Shown here one piece after another: positions 20,723 to 30,129 of a DNA stretch of 64,000 nt. Both the position numbers and the translations under genes were made by a program. This DNA comes from Alphaproteobacteria bacterium (GTDB lineage Bacteria > Pseudomonadota > Alphaproteobacteria > Paracaedibacterales > VGCI01): positions 5,518 through 69,517 of the forward strand of contig VGCI01000009.1 of NCBI GenBank assembly GCA_016870095.1, read 5' to 3'. Within the stretch, counting starts at the first letter, position 1. Every line of letters starts with the position of its first letter. Below the pieces are notes generated by a model. It did no database searches. It was not told where the DNA came from and was given only the letters and a program-made list of their open reading frames with translations.

Positions 20723-21685
20723 ATGAAAAGGCTAGTCTATGTGGCCATATATATTGGATTTCATTTGTCAGCTTTAGCAATGGAAAAACCAGATGAACTC
20801 CAACACGTCCCTGTACCAAGATTAAAATTTAAAATAAGTGAAAATGGAGATATTGAAGACGCACCTGGGAGTCATTTAATTATGGAATATAGAAAGTTTG
20901 CCCTATAGACTGCTATTTATTGGAATCTAAAAAGAGATGCTACCAATGCTGTGATAAATGATTTGAAAGAAGAGCTAACGAATAATAACTTATCTCCGTC
21001 TCATAAGGAAAGCCTAGAGATTCAATTGAATCGTCAAATAAAAAAAGTAACAAAATATGAGATAAGGTTTAAAGAAAATATGGACCAACAAGTTCTTTTG
21101 AGTGCATGTTTACAGCATATGAGTAGGAATGAAGATGGTCCTATTAGTTTTAAATACTGCGCAATGAACTATGATTATTTTAGTAAAATTGACTTCCGGC
21201 TTGCGGGAGATATTTTTGATTTTTCTGCATTTAAAAATCATCTACGAGGCCATAATAGTCCTCAACTGATTTATTTTGACGGCAGTCATCGGCTTGCAGG
21301 GTTGAGAGTCAGGAGTTATGCTCTGGTACATCTTGTAAAAGCCAGGGAGTATTATATAGAAAACCTGTGGTCTCATTGTTTTGAAAATCAAAGAAAGTTG
21401 ATCAAAATACAAACTAAAATTTGGGAAGCTGCTAAATTGCTTCGATATGTGATGAATGCATCTGAGCTTTCGTTAGAAAATGAAATTAAAATAAGAGAGC
21501 TTCAGAAAGAAGCAGAAAAAACAAAAAAATCAATTTCCCAACTATTAAAAGAAAAAATTGAAAGCTTAAATGAAGATGCGAATGATATTTATATTCCTTT
21601 GTTAGCACCGTCATATTATTTTCTTCTTGTGCTTATTGAGTTTCAGAAGGAGGCCCCTCTTCACAAGATTAGGCAACCTGGTTGA
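20723..21685 (+). pseudogene. Secreted hypothetical protein B, paralog of A, interrupted by an in-frame TAG at 20906-20908
   Basis: 20723..20908 and 20951..21685 share a frame with no other stop between; signal peptide MKRLVYVAIYIGFHLSALA-ME; shared motifs LKF.I...G.IEDA.GS.LI and IPL(M/L)A..Y. Confidence 0.8.
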
Positions 21686-21713
21686 GATAGGATAATTACG
21701 GATTCGTAAAATA

Positions 21714-21741
21714 GTTTACCCTCTCTTGTGAGAGGGTAAAC
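21714..21741. terminator. Intrinsic terminator hairpin between convergent gene B and cspA
   Basis: GTTTACCCTCTC-TTGT-GAGAGGGTAAAC, perfect 12-bp stem. Confidence 0.75.
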
Positions 21742-21762
21742 GATAAAGAATGTGAAGAAAAC

Positions 21763-21969
21763 TTAGAGAACTTTAATGTTAACCGCGGCCATTTTGCCTT
21801 TGTTTTCTTGTAGCTCAAACTCAACCTTTTGGTTTTCAGAAAGAGTGGATAGACCTGCTTTTTCAACTTCGCTCATGTGAACGAAAGCATCTGGCGCACC
21901 ATCATCTAATGTTATAAATCCATACCCTTTTTCTGGGTTAAACCACTTTACTGTTCCTGTTTTTGACAT
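21763..21969 (-). CDS. cspA: Cold-shock protein
   Basis: [15 protein letters not shown] (RNP1), DAFVHMS (RNP2); AAGGAG RBS; TTGCTT-N16-TAGAAT at 22044-22017. Confidence 0.95.
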   Translation of the reverse strand: MSKTGTVKWFNPEKGYGFITLDDGAPDAFVHMSEVEKAGLSTLSENQKVEFELQENKGKMAAVNIKVL

Positions 21970-22148
21970 AATAGTCTCCTTGTCTGTGTCGTTAATAATT
22001 TTTCCCTTATGGTTTTATTCTATAGAACCTAGGATTAAAAGCAAGTTCCATCTACACATCTTTTCATTTTCTCACCTTTTTTTTAGCCCTAAGCTTGCTT
22101 AAGTGTTGTATAGTAAAAATAAAGATAATCAAGAGGACCCTCCTATTT

Positions 22149-22745
22149 ATGGAATATTTGATCGATTTTATTAAAGATTGGGGCTATATAGCTGTTTTTT
22201 TAGGATCCTTAGTAGAAGGTGAATCCGTAATTCTTGTAGCCTGCTTTATGGCCCACTTGGGATATTTGTCCTTAACAAAGATCATGATCATTGCTTTTTG
22301 TGGCACCTTATTTGCAGATCAGGCCCTGTATTACGTTGGAAGATATTATGGCCAAGCCATTATCCAAAAATTTCACCGTCTTCACGCACCAGCTAATCGG
22401 GCTTTTAAACTTCTTCATAGTTGGGATATTTGGTTTATATTAAGTTTTCGCTTCATTTGGGGAATTCGCACAATAAGCCCTATTGTTATTGGCTCAAGTG
22501 GTATTTCTCCTCAAAGATACACCCCTTTAAATATACTTGCTGCCGTTATATGGACGTTAATTAGCTGTATCGGCGGTTACATGCTTAGTGGCGTTATTGA
22601 AGACATAGGGCTCCATGTTATTAAGCGATATTTTGGGTATTTTACCATTGGGATTATCATCCTTGTTGTCGGGTTTATTGCTTTAAAACGTTGGATGAAA
22701 AGCCGGCTTGAAACTCTTGGAGATGAAGGCCCTTTTCACGACTAA
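22149..22745 (+). CDS. DedA family membrane protein (start moved to ATG 22149)
   Basis: YIAVFLGSLVEGE, G..FADQALYYVGRYYG, ILSFRFIWGIRT motifs; AAGAGG RBS upstream. Confidence 0.88.
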   Translation: MEYLIDFIKDWGYIAVFLGSLVEGESVILVACFMAHLGYLSLTKIMIIAFCGTLFADQALYYVGRYYGQAIIQKFHRLHAPANRAFKLLHSWDIWFILSFRFIWGIRTISPIVIGSSGISPQRYTPLNILAAVIWTLISCIGGYMLSGVIEDIGLHVIKRYFGYFTIGIIILVVGFIALKRWMKSRLETLGDEGPFHD

Positions 22746-22766
22746 ATAATAAGGAATTACAAAATC

Positions 22767-23201
22767 ATGCCAAACCGAGTTATAGCATTTGGGTCAGATC
22801 ATGCCGGATTTACATTAAAAAATGATCTTAAGGAAACTGCCAAGTCTTTTGGACATTATGTGATTGATTTAGGAACACATTCGGCAGATTCTGTTGACTA
22901 CCCAGATTATGCAAACAAAGTTGTGGAGGCCCTGAAGGGAGAGCAAGCCGCTCTTGGCGTTATCATTTGCGGTACAGGTATTGGAATGTGCATGGCCGCC
23001 AACCGACATAAGGGTATACGCGCTGCTGTTTGTCATACAGAGTTGGAAGCCCGCCTGGCAAGAGAACATAACAATGCCAATATTTTATGCCTAGGCGGAC
23101 GGATCCTTGGCACCGATCAAGCAAAAGCCTGTCTTGCTGCTTTCTTGAGCGCTCATTTTATTGGTGGCCACCATACAGCTCGTGTAACAAAATTGGGCTA
23201 A
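22767..23201 (+). CDS. rpiB: Ribose-5-phosphate isomerase B
   Basis: GSDHAG, SVDYPDY, ICGTGIG, ANRHKGIRAA, AREHNNANILCLG, GGHHTARV. Confidence 0.96.
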   Translation: MPNRVIAFGSDHAGFTLKNDLKETAKSFGHYVIDLGTHSADSVDYPDYANKVVEALKGEQAALGVIICGTGIGMCMAANRHKGIRAAVCHTELEARLAREHNNANILCLGGRILGTDQAKACLAAFLSAHFIGGHHTARVTKLG

Positions 23202-23206
23202 TAAAA

Positions 23207-24049
23207 GTGAACGTCTACCTCAGGCTAAGCCGACTTCACCGACCCGTTGGAATTCTTCTCTTAATGCTCCCCTGCTGGTGGGGTGTTGCTCTTGCTAGTC
23301 CCCAAAAAATTAATATTAAACTTCTTGTGCTTTTTGCTTTGGGAGCAACATTCATGCGCAGTGCGGGCTGCACATTTAATGACCTCATTGATCGCAACAT
23401 TGATATCCATGTGAACCGCACAAAACTCCGTCCTCTTGCAAACAAAGAGATATCCCCAGGGTATGCCTTCCTCTTTTTCATCCTCCAATGTTTGGGAGGG
23501 CTTATTATATTGGGATGCTTACCGCAGCGATGTTGGCCTCTTGGTTTAATTGGCCTTGTTCTGCTTGCTATTTATCCTTTTATGAAACGCGTCACCCATT
23601 GGCCGCAATTGGTATTGGGATTTGCTTTTAATTTGGGGATTATCTTTGGCGTTGTTGCCGTTTTACCCTATGGGGCCATTCAATGGTTCCCCGTTCTCTG
23701 TCTCTATGGCGCCGGAATATTTTGGACTCTAGGATATGACACGATCTATGCCCTGCAAGACAAAACCGACGACCTTAAAATTGGTGTCAAATCCACCGCC
23801 ATTTACTTCGGAGACACTATAAAAATTGCGTTATCCCTTATTTATAGCCTCGTATTTGTCAGCTTAGCGTTGGTGGGTTACTGGGAAAATGCAAACGATA
23901 TTTTTTACAGTCTTCTTGGAATCAGTTTCTTCACAACGCTCGTCATGCTGTACCGCATGAATCCCCATAATGAAGAAAATTGCCAAAAGGCTTTTAATGC
24001 CAATTCCTATTTGGGATTGTTAATTTGGATTGCCTTACTCACTTTGTAA
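23207..24049 (+). CDS. ubiA: 4-hydroxybenzoate polyprenyltransferase (start moved to GTG 23207)
   Basis: RLSRLHRPVGILLL.PCWW, MRSAGCTFNDLIDR.ID..V.RT..RPLA, YPFMKR, YDTIYALQDK.DD.KIGVKS. Confidence 0.95.
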   Translation: MNVYLRLSRLHRPVGILLLMLPCWWGVALASPQKINIKLLVLFALGATFMRSAGCTFNDLIDRNIDIHVNRTKLRPLANKEISPGYAFLFFILQCLGGLIILGCLPQRCWPLGLIGLVLLAIYPFMKRVTHWPQLVLGFAFNLGIIFGVVAVLPYGAIQWFPVLCLYGAGIFWTLGYDTIYALQDKTDDLKIGVKSTAIYFGDTIKIALSLIYSLVFVSLALVGYWENANDIFYSLLGISFFTTLVMLYRMNPHNEENCQKAFNANSYLGLLIWIALLTL

Positions 24050-24113
24050 TTAAATCGAATAAAAAAATCCTTAGGCATTTTTCCCTTTAAAACTAACCAG
24101 AAAATTTACGAAT

Positions 24114-24755
24114 TTAGGCTTCCAATTTAAATTCAATAGGCACCTCCAAAGTTTTGACACCAGGCATGAACTTCCATTGGCGAATCGCGTTTAGGGCCGC
24201 ATTTTCTAAAATAGGATCTACTAGCGGAGGAATTGTCCTGGCGTCAGATACAGCACCCTCTTGAGATAAATGGACCTGAATCATAACAATGCCTTGAATT
24301 TTTCTAAGCCTTGCCTCTCGAGGGTAAATAGGAGGAGGCTGAAAGAAGGATATAGCGTTATGGCTAGTGTCTAATCCCTTCGTTGAGACGGCTACTGTCT
24401 TCAAAAATTGCTTATCTTCATTACCCTTTTTAGCGGAAGATTTTCCTCTAGGTGGATTATCGTATATTCTCTCTTGGGCTTGGGTTTTGAGTTTATTTTC
24501 TCCTGAGGATGAACCTTGCGAAGAGGCTAACTTGTGTATTTTTTCAGGAATGATTGCTGATAAATGATCCTTCGGTTGGGCGTTACAAAATACCATTTCC
24601 ACACAAAAATTATTCTGCAAACTTTGAGGTTGCCCCTTACCCATATACGGGAAATTAAAAGCAAAGGCAGAGATGACTAAGCTATGTGTTAGAAATGCAC
24701 TCCCTAAAGCTGGCCAATAATATTCTTTCATAACATAGGATCCTCCCTCTAACAT
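24114..24755 (-). CDS. tonB: TonB family energy transducer
   Basis: N-terminal TM with SxxxH (SAFLTH); C-terminal PIYPREARLRKIQG.V...LENAALNAIRQWKF.P; overlaps the receptor gene end. Confidence 0.8.
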   Translation of the reverse strand: MLEGGSYVMKEYYWPALGSAFLTHSLVISAFAFNFPYMGKGQPQSLQNNFCVEMVFCNAQPKDHLSAIIPEKIHKLASSQGSSSGENKLKTQAQERIYDNPPRGKSSAKKGNEDKQFLKTVAVSTKGLDTSHNAISFFQPPPIYPREARLRKIQGIVMIQVHLSQEGAVSDARTIPPLVDPILENAALNAIRQWKFMPGVKTLEVPIEFKLEA

Positions 24756-26626
24756 TGTGCGCGAAGCCCTACATAAACGCCCATGCCTGGTTGCTGAAAA
24801 CTTCGTGGACTTTCATAGTAACGATTAAAGAGATTTTCTGCACGCCCATAAAATTGCACTTGATCCGTTAATTGATAGGCAGTTTGTAGACCCACGATCG
24901 TATAACTGCGCGTGTGCACTCTTTTAAAGATGGCCGCATCAAACGTATCTCGAGAACTAATATAAAGAACATTTCCGCTCAGTTGCCAATTAGAAGTCAC
25001 GTGTCCGGTCACAGAAAAAGTAATTTTATTGAGCGGATTTCCAATCAATCCCAGTCTTGTTCTTTCATCCCAGGTTTCCGTATAGGTATGGGAAAGTTGT
25101 GCACTCCATTGCGATGTTGGGTGAATGCGCATACTTGTTTCAACCCCTTGAGTCCGAGCTTTATCCATATTAATCAACATCACCCCACCAGACGCTGCCG
25201 TAATTAAATCCCGGATCCGATTCTGAAATATTGTCACGCCCAAACTCAGTGTATTTTGAAAGAAAGAACGCTCTATACCCCCATCCCAACCTAAACTTCG
25301 TTCAGGTTTAAGATTGGGATTGCCGGAAAAAAAGGGATCTTTATAAAATCTCTGCTGCAGGGTTGGTGCTTTAAAGGCCGTTCCGATTCCTCCTTTTATA
25401 GTAATTTCTTTAACTCTGTATTGCATTCCAAATCGAAAAGTTGGTTTTGATGAAATTCCTTGATACTTGTCAATGCGGGAAGACCCAGTCAGCATTAAAT
25501 TTTCATACATTCTATAAGAAAGCGTGCCCCCAATTCCTCCATGGGAAGTTTGAAAATCTCTATTCAGGATGGGTAGCTTATACCAATACAATTTTTCCCG
25601 AGCAAAATCTGTTGCAACTTGAAGTTGTAAAGAATTTGTTATCTCAAAATTTTGGCGCCAATCAATTTGGGTTTGAGAACCATTTCGCGTTGTCTGACTT
25701 GACGTTGGACGCGTGTTGATAAGATTATTTTGATAATGTCCAAGACCAAAATCATGCTGCCATCGACCTGCTAATGTCTCAAAATGCCCTTGAAGACGAT
25801 TAAAAGATTCCGAAAAGTTCTGTCGATAAGGGTATGTATCCGTTGGCGGTTGGCGAAAGCCAAGGCGGCGGGTTAAATATCGACTTACCCAGGAAATATG
25901 CGCTGAATCTGACGTCGCACCGAGACGAGCAGTGAAGGCCTCCTGATGTAAAGGATTATCAGCTTTTTCCCTAATTCTTGTAAGATACCTTGATGGTGTT
26001 GTTCTTGTACCCATTGATTGAACACGCGAACCATTTACATAATAGTCTATCCTATTCTTTTGACCTTGGAATCCAACATTTTGAGTATACGTTTTAAAGG
26101 AACCCGCCTCAGTATTGGCTAAGGTTTTATGGGCACCTTGACCTTTTTTGGTTTCAAGAAGAACAACACCTCCCATACCCCCAGGTCCATATAAGGAACT
26201 CTTAGGCCCTCGAATCACTTCAATCTCACAGAGATCACTTGCCATCCATCTTGATACGTTCAACGCATTATCAAAAGAACCACTATCATTGATAGTCATA
26301 CCATTCATGATGACAGTTGTATTGCCATCTCCCGCTCCTCGGATAGAAATTCTCGCTTCTTGGCCAATACCACCATGCTGGTTGACATAAACTCCAGGCA
26401 CTCTACGTAAAGCATCCGAAATAGTTACCGATTGCTGCTGCTCCAGATCTTTCGCTGGAATACGTGTCGTGTCGGCACTATCAAGAGGATTGGGTTCGGA
26501 TAAAGGCGTCGCTCGTACGACAATTTTTGGAAGTTGAAAAGGCAACTGACTTGCAAAAACACTTGTAGCATAAGCCAAGAAGGGTAATGTAGATAAAACC
26601 CTGGGCACAAAAATATTGACATACAT
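24749..26626 (-). CDS. btuB: TonB-dependent receptor, vitamin B12 (BtuB-like)
   Basis: Plug motifs DALRRVPGV, ISIRG, EIEVIRGPKSSLYG..GMGGVV; beta-barrel with NPNLKPE.S, RAENLFN; directly downstream of a cobalamin riboswitch. Confidence 0.88.
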   Translation of the reverse strand: MYVNIFVPRVLSTLPFLAYATSVFASQLPFQLPKIVVRATPLSEPNPLDSADTTRIPAKDLEQQQSVTISDALRRVPGVYVNQHGGIGQEARISIRGAGDGNTTVIMNGMTINDSGSFDNALNVSRWMASDLCEIEVIRGPKSSLYGPGGMGGVVLLETKKGQGAHKTLANTEAGSFKTYTQNVGFQGQKNRIDYYVNGSRVQSMGTRTTPSRYLTRIREKADNPLHQEAFTARLGATSDSAHISWVSRYLTRRLGFRQPPTDTYPYRQNFSESFNRLQGHFETLAGRWQHDFGLGHYQNNLINTRPTSSQTTRNGSQTQIDWRQNFEITNSLQLQVATDFAREKLYWYKLPILNRDFQTSHGGIGGTLSYRMYENLMLTGSSRIDKYQGISSKPTFRFGMQYRVKEITIKGGIGTAFKAPTLQQRFYKDPFFSGNPNLKPERSLGWDGGIERSFFQNTLSLGVTIFQNRIRDLITAASGGVMLINMDKARTQGVETSMRIHPTSQWSAQLSHTYTETWDERTRLGLIGNPLNKITFSVTGHVTSNWQLSGNVLYISSRDTFDAAIFKRVHTRSYTIVGLQTAYQLTDQVQFYGRAENLFNRYYESPRSFQQPGMGVYVGLRAQC

Positions 26627-26721
26627 GAATGAAGAACTCCCGCTCGTGGTTAATGTGCATCACCACATGCGGTTATCCCGTTCCCAAAAGCACCCCGCCC
26701 TCAAGAAAAGTGATGCGAATC

Positions 26722-26930
26722 AGCTGGCAGGTCTCCTGGCTTATGGGTCATTGTTTAATAGTCATGCCTTCCCAGTTTCCCAGTGGCAACTAGCTGTTTT
26801 GCTAGTAATCCTCCTTCCAGAGGACAACCCTTAAACTCGCCATTCACAGTTACGGGGGTAGCCACGGATTAACCCTTTATCGGGTATACCGTGTTCCCTT
26901 TTCATTTGGCGTACGCCAAAACCAACAGTC
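26722..26930 (-). ncRNA. Cobalamin (AdoCbl) riboswitch
   Basis: Minus strand AAAAGGGAACACGGT...AATCCGTGGCTACCCCCGTAACTGTGA...GCCACTGGGAAACTGGGAAGGC...B12 box AAGCCAGGAGACCTGCCA. Confidence 0.95.
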
Positions 26931-27070
26931 AAAATTAAAATCTCCCAAACACCCCCACTGTGTCAATATCCCATTTTTCACTTTTGAATATTTCTCTGTA
27001 ACCCTAATTTTAACTGGTCTATGGTCGATTTTTATAGAAATTTACCCCCAATATAGAGTATCAAAAGAAT

Positions 27071-28855
27071 ATGAATACTGTTATTTCGCTTGCCTATAAA
27101 AGCTCCAAAAGCCATAAATTGGGGAGACGTATTTTTCATGAACATATTCGCCCCTACGGGCGGTATTTTGTGATCGCTGTCGTCTTGATGATTCTAGCTG
27201 CCCTGTCAACTTCCGCATTGCCGTATTTTCTTCAACCTGTTTTTGATGAAGTTTTTGCAAATGGCACACCTCGGGTACTGCTGTTTGTTTGTGGAGGAAT
27301 CTTTTTGGCCTTCGTTGTAAAGGGCGCCAGCTCCTTTGGAGAGTCTGTAATCATGACTTACGTGGGGCAACGGATCATCTCTGACTTGCAAAATCGCCTT
27401 TTTAGCCATTTAATGCGCCTCGATTTAGCTTTTTTTCATGGAACATCTTCTGGAGACATATTGTCCCGATTCACAAACGATGTGAATTTAATGCGCAATG
27501 CCGTTGCCACCACCTTGGTTGGAATAGGTAAAGATTCATTTACCCTGATTTTCTTGGTATCTTTGATGTTTTACAGAGATTTAGCGTTGGCATGCATTAC
27601 TCTGTTCATCTTCCCCCTTGCCATTTTACCCATCCTTCACATTGGTCGCCGCATGCGTAAAGTGGCGAATACTACGCAAGAAGAGCTCGCAAACTTTACG
27701 GGACGTTTAACACAAATTTTTCAAGGCATCCGAGTCATTAAAGCATATCGTGCAGAAGAATATGAGGCCAATAGAGCTCACATGATGATTGAACGTATCT
27801 TTGCCCTGGTCTATAAAACGGCCCGCGTTCGCTCAGCTTCTCATCCCATTATCGAGGGTCTTGGCGGAGTAGCCATTGTTATTGTTATTGCCTATGGCGG
27901 ATGGCAAGTTATGCATCATGCCCGCACTACGGGCGAATTTATGTCGTTTATTCTTGCCTTATTGCTCGTTTATGAGCCCATGAAACGCCTCAGCAATATG
28001 AATGCCAATATCCAAGAAGGTTTAGCAGCGGCAGCTCGTGTTTTTACCATTTTAGATACTCCAGCCATTATTCAAGATAATCCGCATGCCAAACCTTTAC
28101 CGCCTATTACAGGAAATATAGAGTTTCAGAATGTCCGTTTTGCTTATCCTGACGGAAAAATTGCATTAGATGGTATTAATCTAACAATACAAAAATCCCA
28201 ATCTATTGCGCTTGTAGGAGCCAGTGGAGCTGGCAAATCCACCATCATCAATTTGATTCCTCGATTTTATGATATTCAAGAAGGATCTATTCTCATTGAT
28301 GGAATTGATCTGAGAGATGTCACGCTCAGTTCATTACGTCAACAAATAGCCTTGGTCAGTCAAGAAATTATGCTCTTCGATACGACTATTCGTGACAATA
28401 TTGCTTATGGATCCTTCACCGCGACAGATAATGACATTATGGAAGCCGCTAAAGCAGCAGCAGCTCATGAGTTTATTTCCGCTTTGCCGAATGGATACGA
28501 GACAATGATCGGAGAAAATGGGGTAAAACTTTCCGGAGGACAACGTCAAAGAATTGCGATTGCGCGCGCTATGTTGAAAAACGCACCCATTCTTTTATTA
28601 GACGAAGCCACATCTGCACTAGATACAGATTCTGAACGACAAGTTCAAGCGGCTCTCAAAATTCTTATGAAAGGGCGTACTACATTGATGATTGCCCATC
28701 GACTTTCCACCGTTGTCGAAGCAAATAAAATTTATGTTTTGCAAGATGGGAAAATCGTTGAAAGTGGGAATCATCAAACACTACTTGAAAATAAGGGAAT
28801 TTATTCTGGCCTATGGCAGGCTCAATCGACACGCCCCACGAATGAAGCCGCATAA
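27071..28855 (+). CDS. msbA: Lipid A export ABC transporter MsbA-like
   Basis: 6-TM domain plus GASGAGKST, LSGGQRQRIAIARA, LLLDEATSALD, IAHRLST. Confidence 0.85.
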   Translation: MNTVISLAYKSSKSHKLGRRIFHEHIRPYGRYFVIAVVLMILAALSTSALPYFLQPVFDEVFANGTPRVLLFVCGGIFLAFVVKGASSFGESVIMTYVGQRIISDLQNRLFSHLMRLDLAFFHGTSSGDILSRFTNDVNLMRNAVATTLVGIGKDSFTLIFLVSLMFYRDLALACITLFIFPLAILPILHIGRRMRKVANTTQEELANFTGRLTQIFQGIRVIKAYRAEEYEANRAHMMIERIFALVYKTARVRSASHPIIEGLGGVAIVIVIAYGGWQVMHHARTTGEFMSFILALLLVYEPMKRLSNMNANIQEGLAAAARVFTILDTPAIIQDNPHAKPLPPITGNIEFQNVRFAYPDGKIALDGINLTIQKSQSIALVGASGAGKSTIINLIPRFYDIQEGSILIDGIDLRDVTLSSLRQQIALVSQEIMLFDTTIRDNIAYGSFTATDNDIMEAAKAAAAHEFISALPNGYETMIGENGVKLSGGQRQRIAIARAMLKNAPILLLDEATSALDTDSERQVQAALKILMKGRTTLMIAHRLSTVVEANKIYVLQDGKIVESGNHQTLLENKGIYSGLWQAQSTRPTNEAA

Positions 28856-28894
28856 TAAGGCTCGCTGTTTTGCCACTCATTCAAATTTACTTTT

Positions 28895-30037
28895 TTAATT
28901 AAAATATCGTTCCAGAATTTCTTGATAAGCTCGTGTCAAACGATGAATTTCTTCTACAGAAATATGCTCATCAACTTGATGAGCTGTCGTATTGACAAGA
29001 CCAAATTCAATAACAGGGCAAATATCCTTCATAAATCGAGCGTCAGAAGTCCCTCCACTTGTACTGAGTGTTGGCGTCAATCCTGTAGCCGTTGAAATAG
29101 CTTGAGATATCAAGTTCTGCAGAGCCTTGTCTTCGCACAAAAAAGCATTGCCACTTCCTTGAATATCAAGAGTATAAGTAAATCCCATTGCCGACAAATT
29201 ATGCCTTTCGGCTGTCTTGTGCAGATAGTGTTGTAAAGATTCCAGCGTATGCGTTGGGTTAAATCGAATATTAAATTTTGCGGTTGCTTCGAAAGGAATT
29301 ACATTTGTAGTCGGATTACCCACATCAATGGAAGTCACGGCAAGATTAGAGGGGTCAAAGTGTTTTATTCCGTCATCCAAGGGACGCGACAAAAGATCTT
29401 GTAAATATTCGAGAAGGGGAAGAATGGGATTTTTTGCCAGATGTGGATAGGCTGCATGGCCAGCTTTTCCTTGTATAGTTATAGTTGCATTGAGGCTCCC
29501 GCGCCGTCCAACTTTAACTGTATCCCCTACCTTTGCAATATTTGTCGGCTCTCCCACAAGACAAGCATCTATTTTTTCACCCCGAAGTTTAAATTGCTCA
29601 ACCACATAACGGACCCCATCTACAGCCGGCCCTTCTTCATCTGTCGTTAAAAGAAGACTTAAAGAGCCGTCAAATTTAGGAGTTTTTAAAAGATAAGCAT
29701 CAACCGCCGCCATAAAGGCGCCTATGCCTCCTTTCATATCAACGGTTCCTCGACCATATAACTTGCCGTCTCTAATCTCCCCTTTAAAGGGATCAACAGA
29801 CCAACGGGCGACATCCCCTGAGGGAACGACGTCTGTATGCCCCACAAAACAAAAATGCGGAGAGGATGTGCCTAAGCGGGCATAAAGATTACTCACGTCT
29901 CTAGAATCTAAACGCTCTATGGAAAAACCACGTATACTTAAAAAATTAGCAATGAGGTCAAGTGTTCCAACTTCTAAAGGCGTAACACTTGGACATTGTA
30001 GCAACTTTTGGGTTATCAAAATTGGATCGGCTATCAT
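28895..30037 (-). CDS. dapE: Succinyl-diaminopimelate desuccinylase
   Basis: GHTDVVP, YGRGTVDMKG, TTDEEG, VGEPT, KVGRRGS, GHAAYPHLA, STSGGTSDARF, HQVDE. Confidence 0.96.
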   Translation of the reverse strand: MIADPILITQKLLQCPSVTPLEVGTLDLIANFLSIRGFSIERLDSRDVSNLYARLGTSSPHFCFVGHTDVVPSGDVARWSVDPFKGEIRDGKLYGRGTVDMKGGIGAFMAAVDAYLLKTPKFDGSLSLLLTTDEEGPAVDGVRYVVEQFKLRGEKIDACLVGEPTNIAKVGDTVKVGRRGSLNATITIQGKAGHAAYPHLAKNPILPLLEYLQDLLSRPLDDGIKHFDPSNLAVTSIDVGNPTTNVIPFEATAKFNIRFNPTHTLESLQHYLHKTAERHNLSAMGFTYTLDIQGSGNAFLCEDKALQNLISQAISTATGLTPTLSTSGGTSDARFMKDICPVIEFGLVNTTAHQVDEHISVEEIHRLTRAYQEILERYFN

Positions 30038-30129
30038 AAATTCTCAACGGTAAATAATTAAGAACATTTTATAAAACCAGGTATTTTTGTTTTTTCAAAG
30101 ATCGTAATAAGAGAAAACAACCAAAAACT

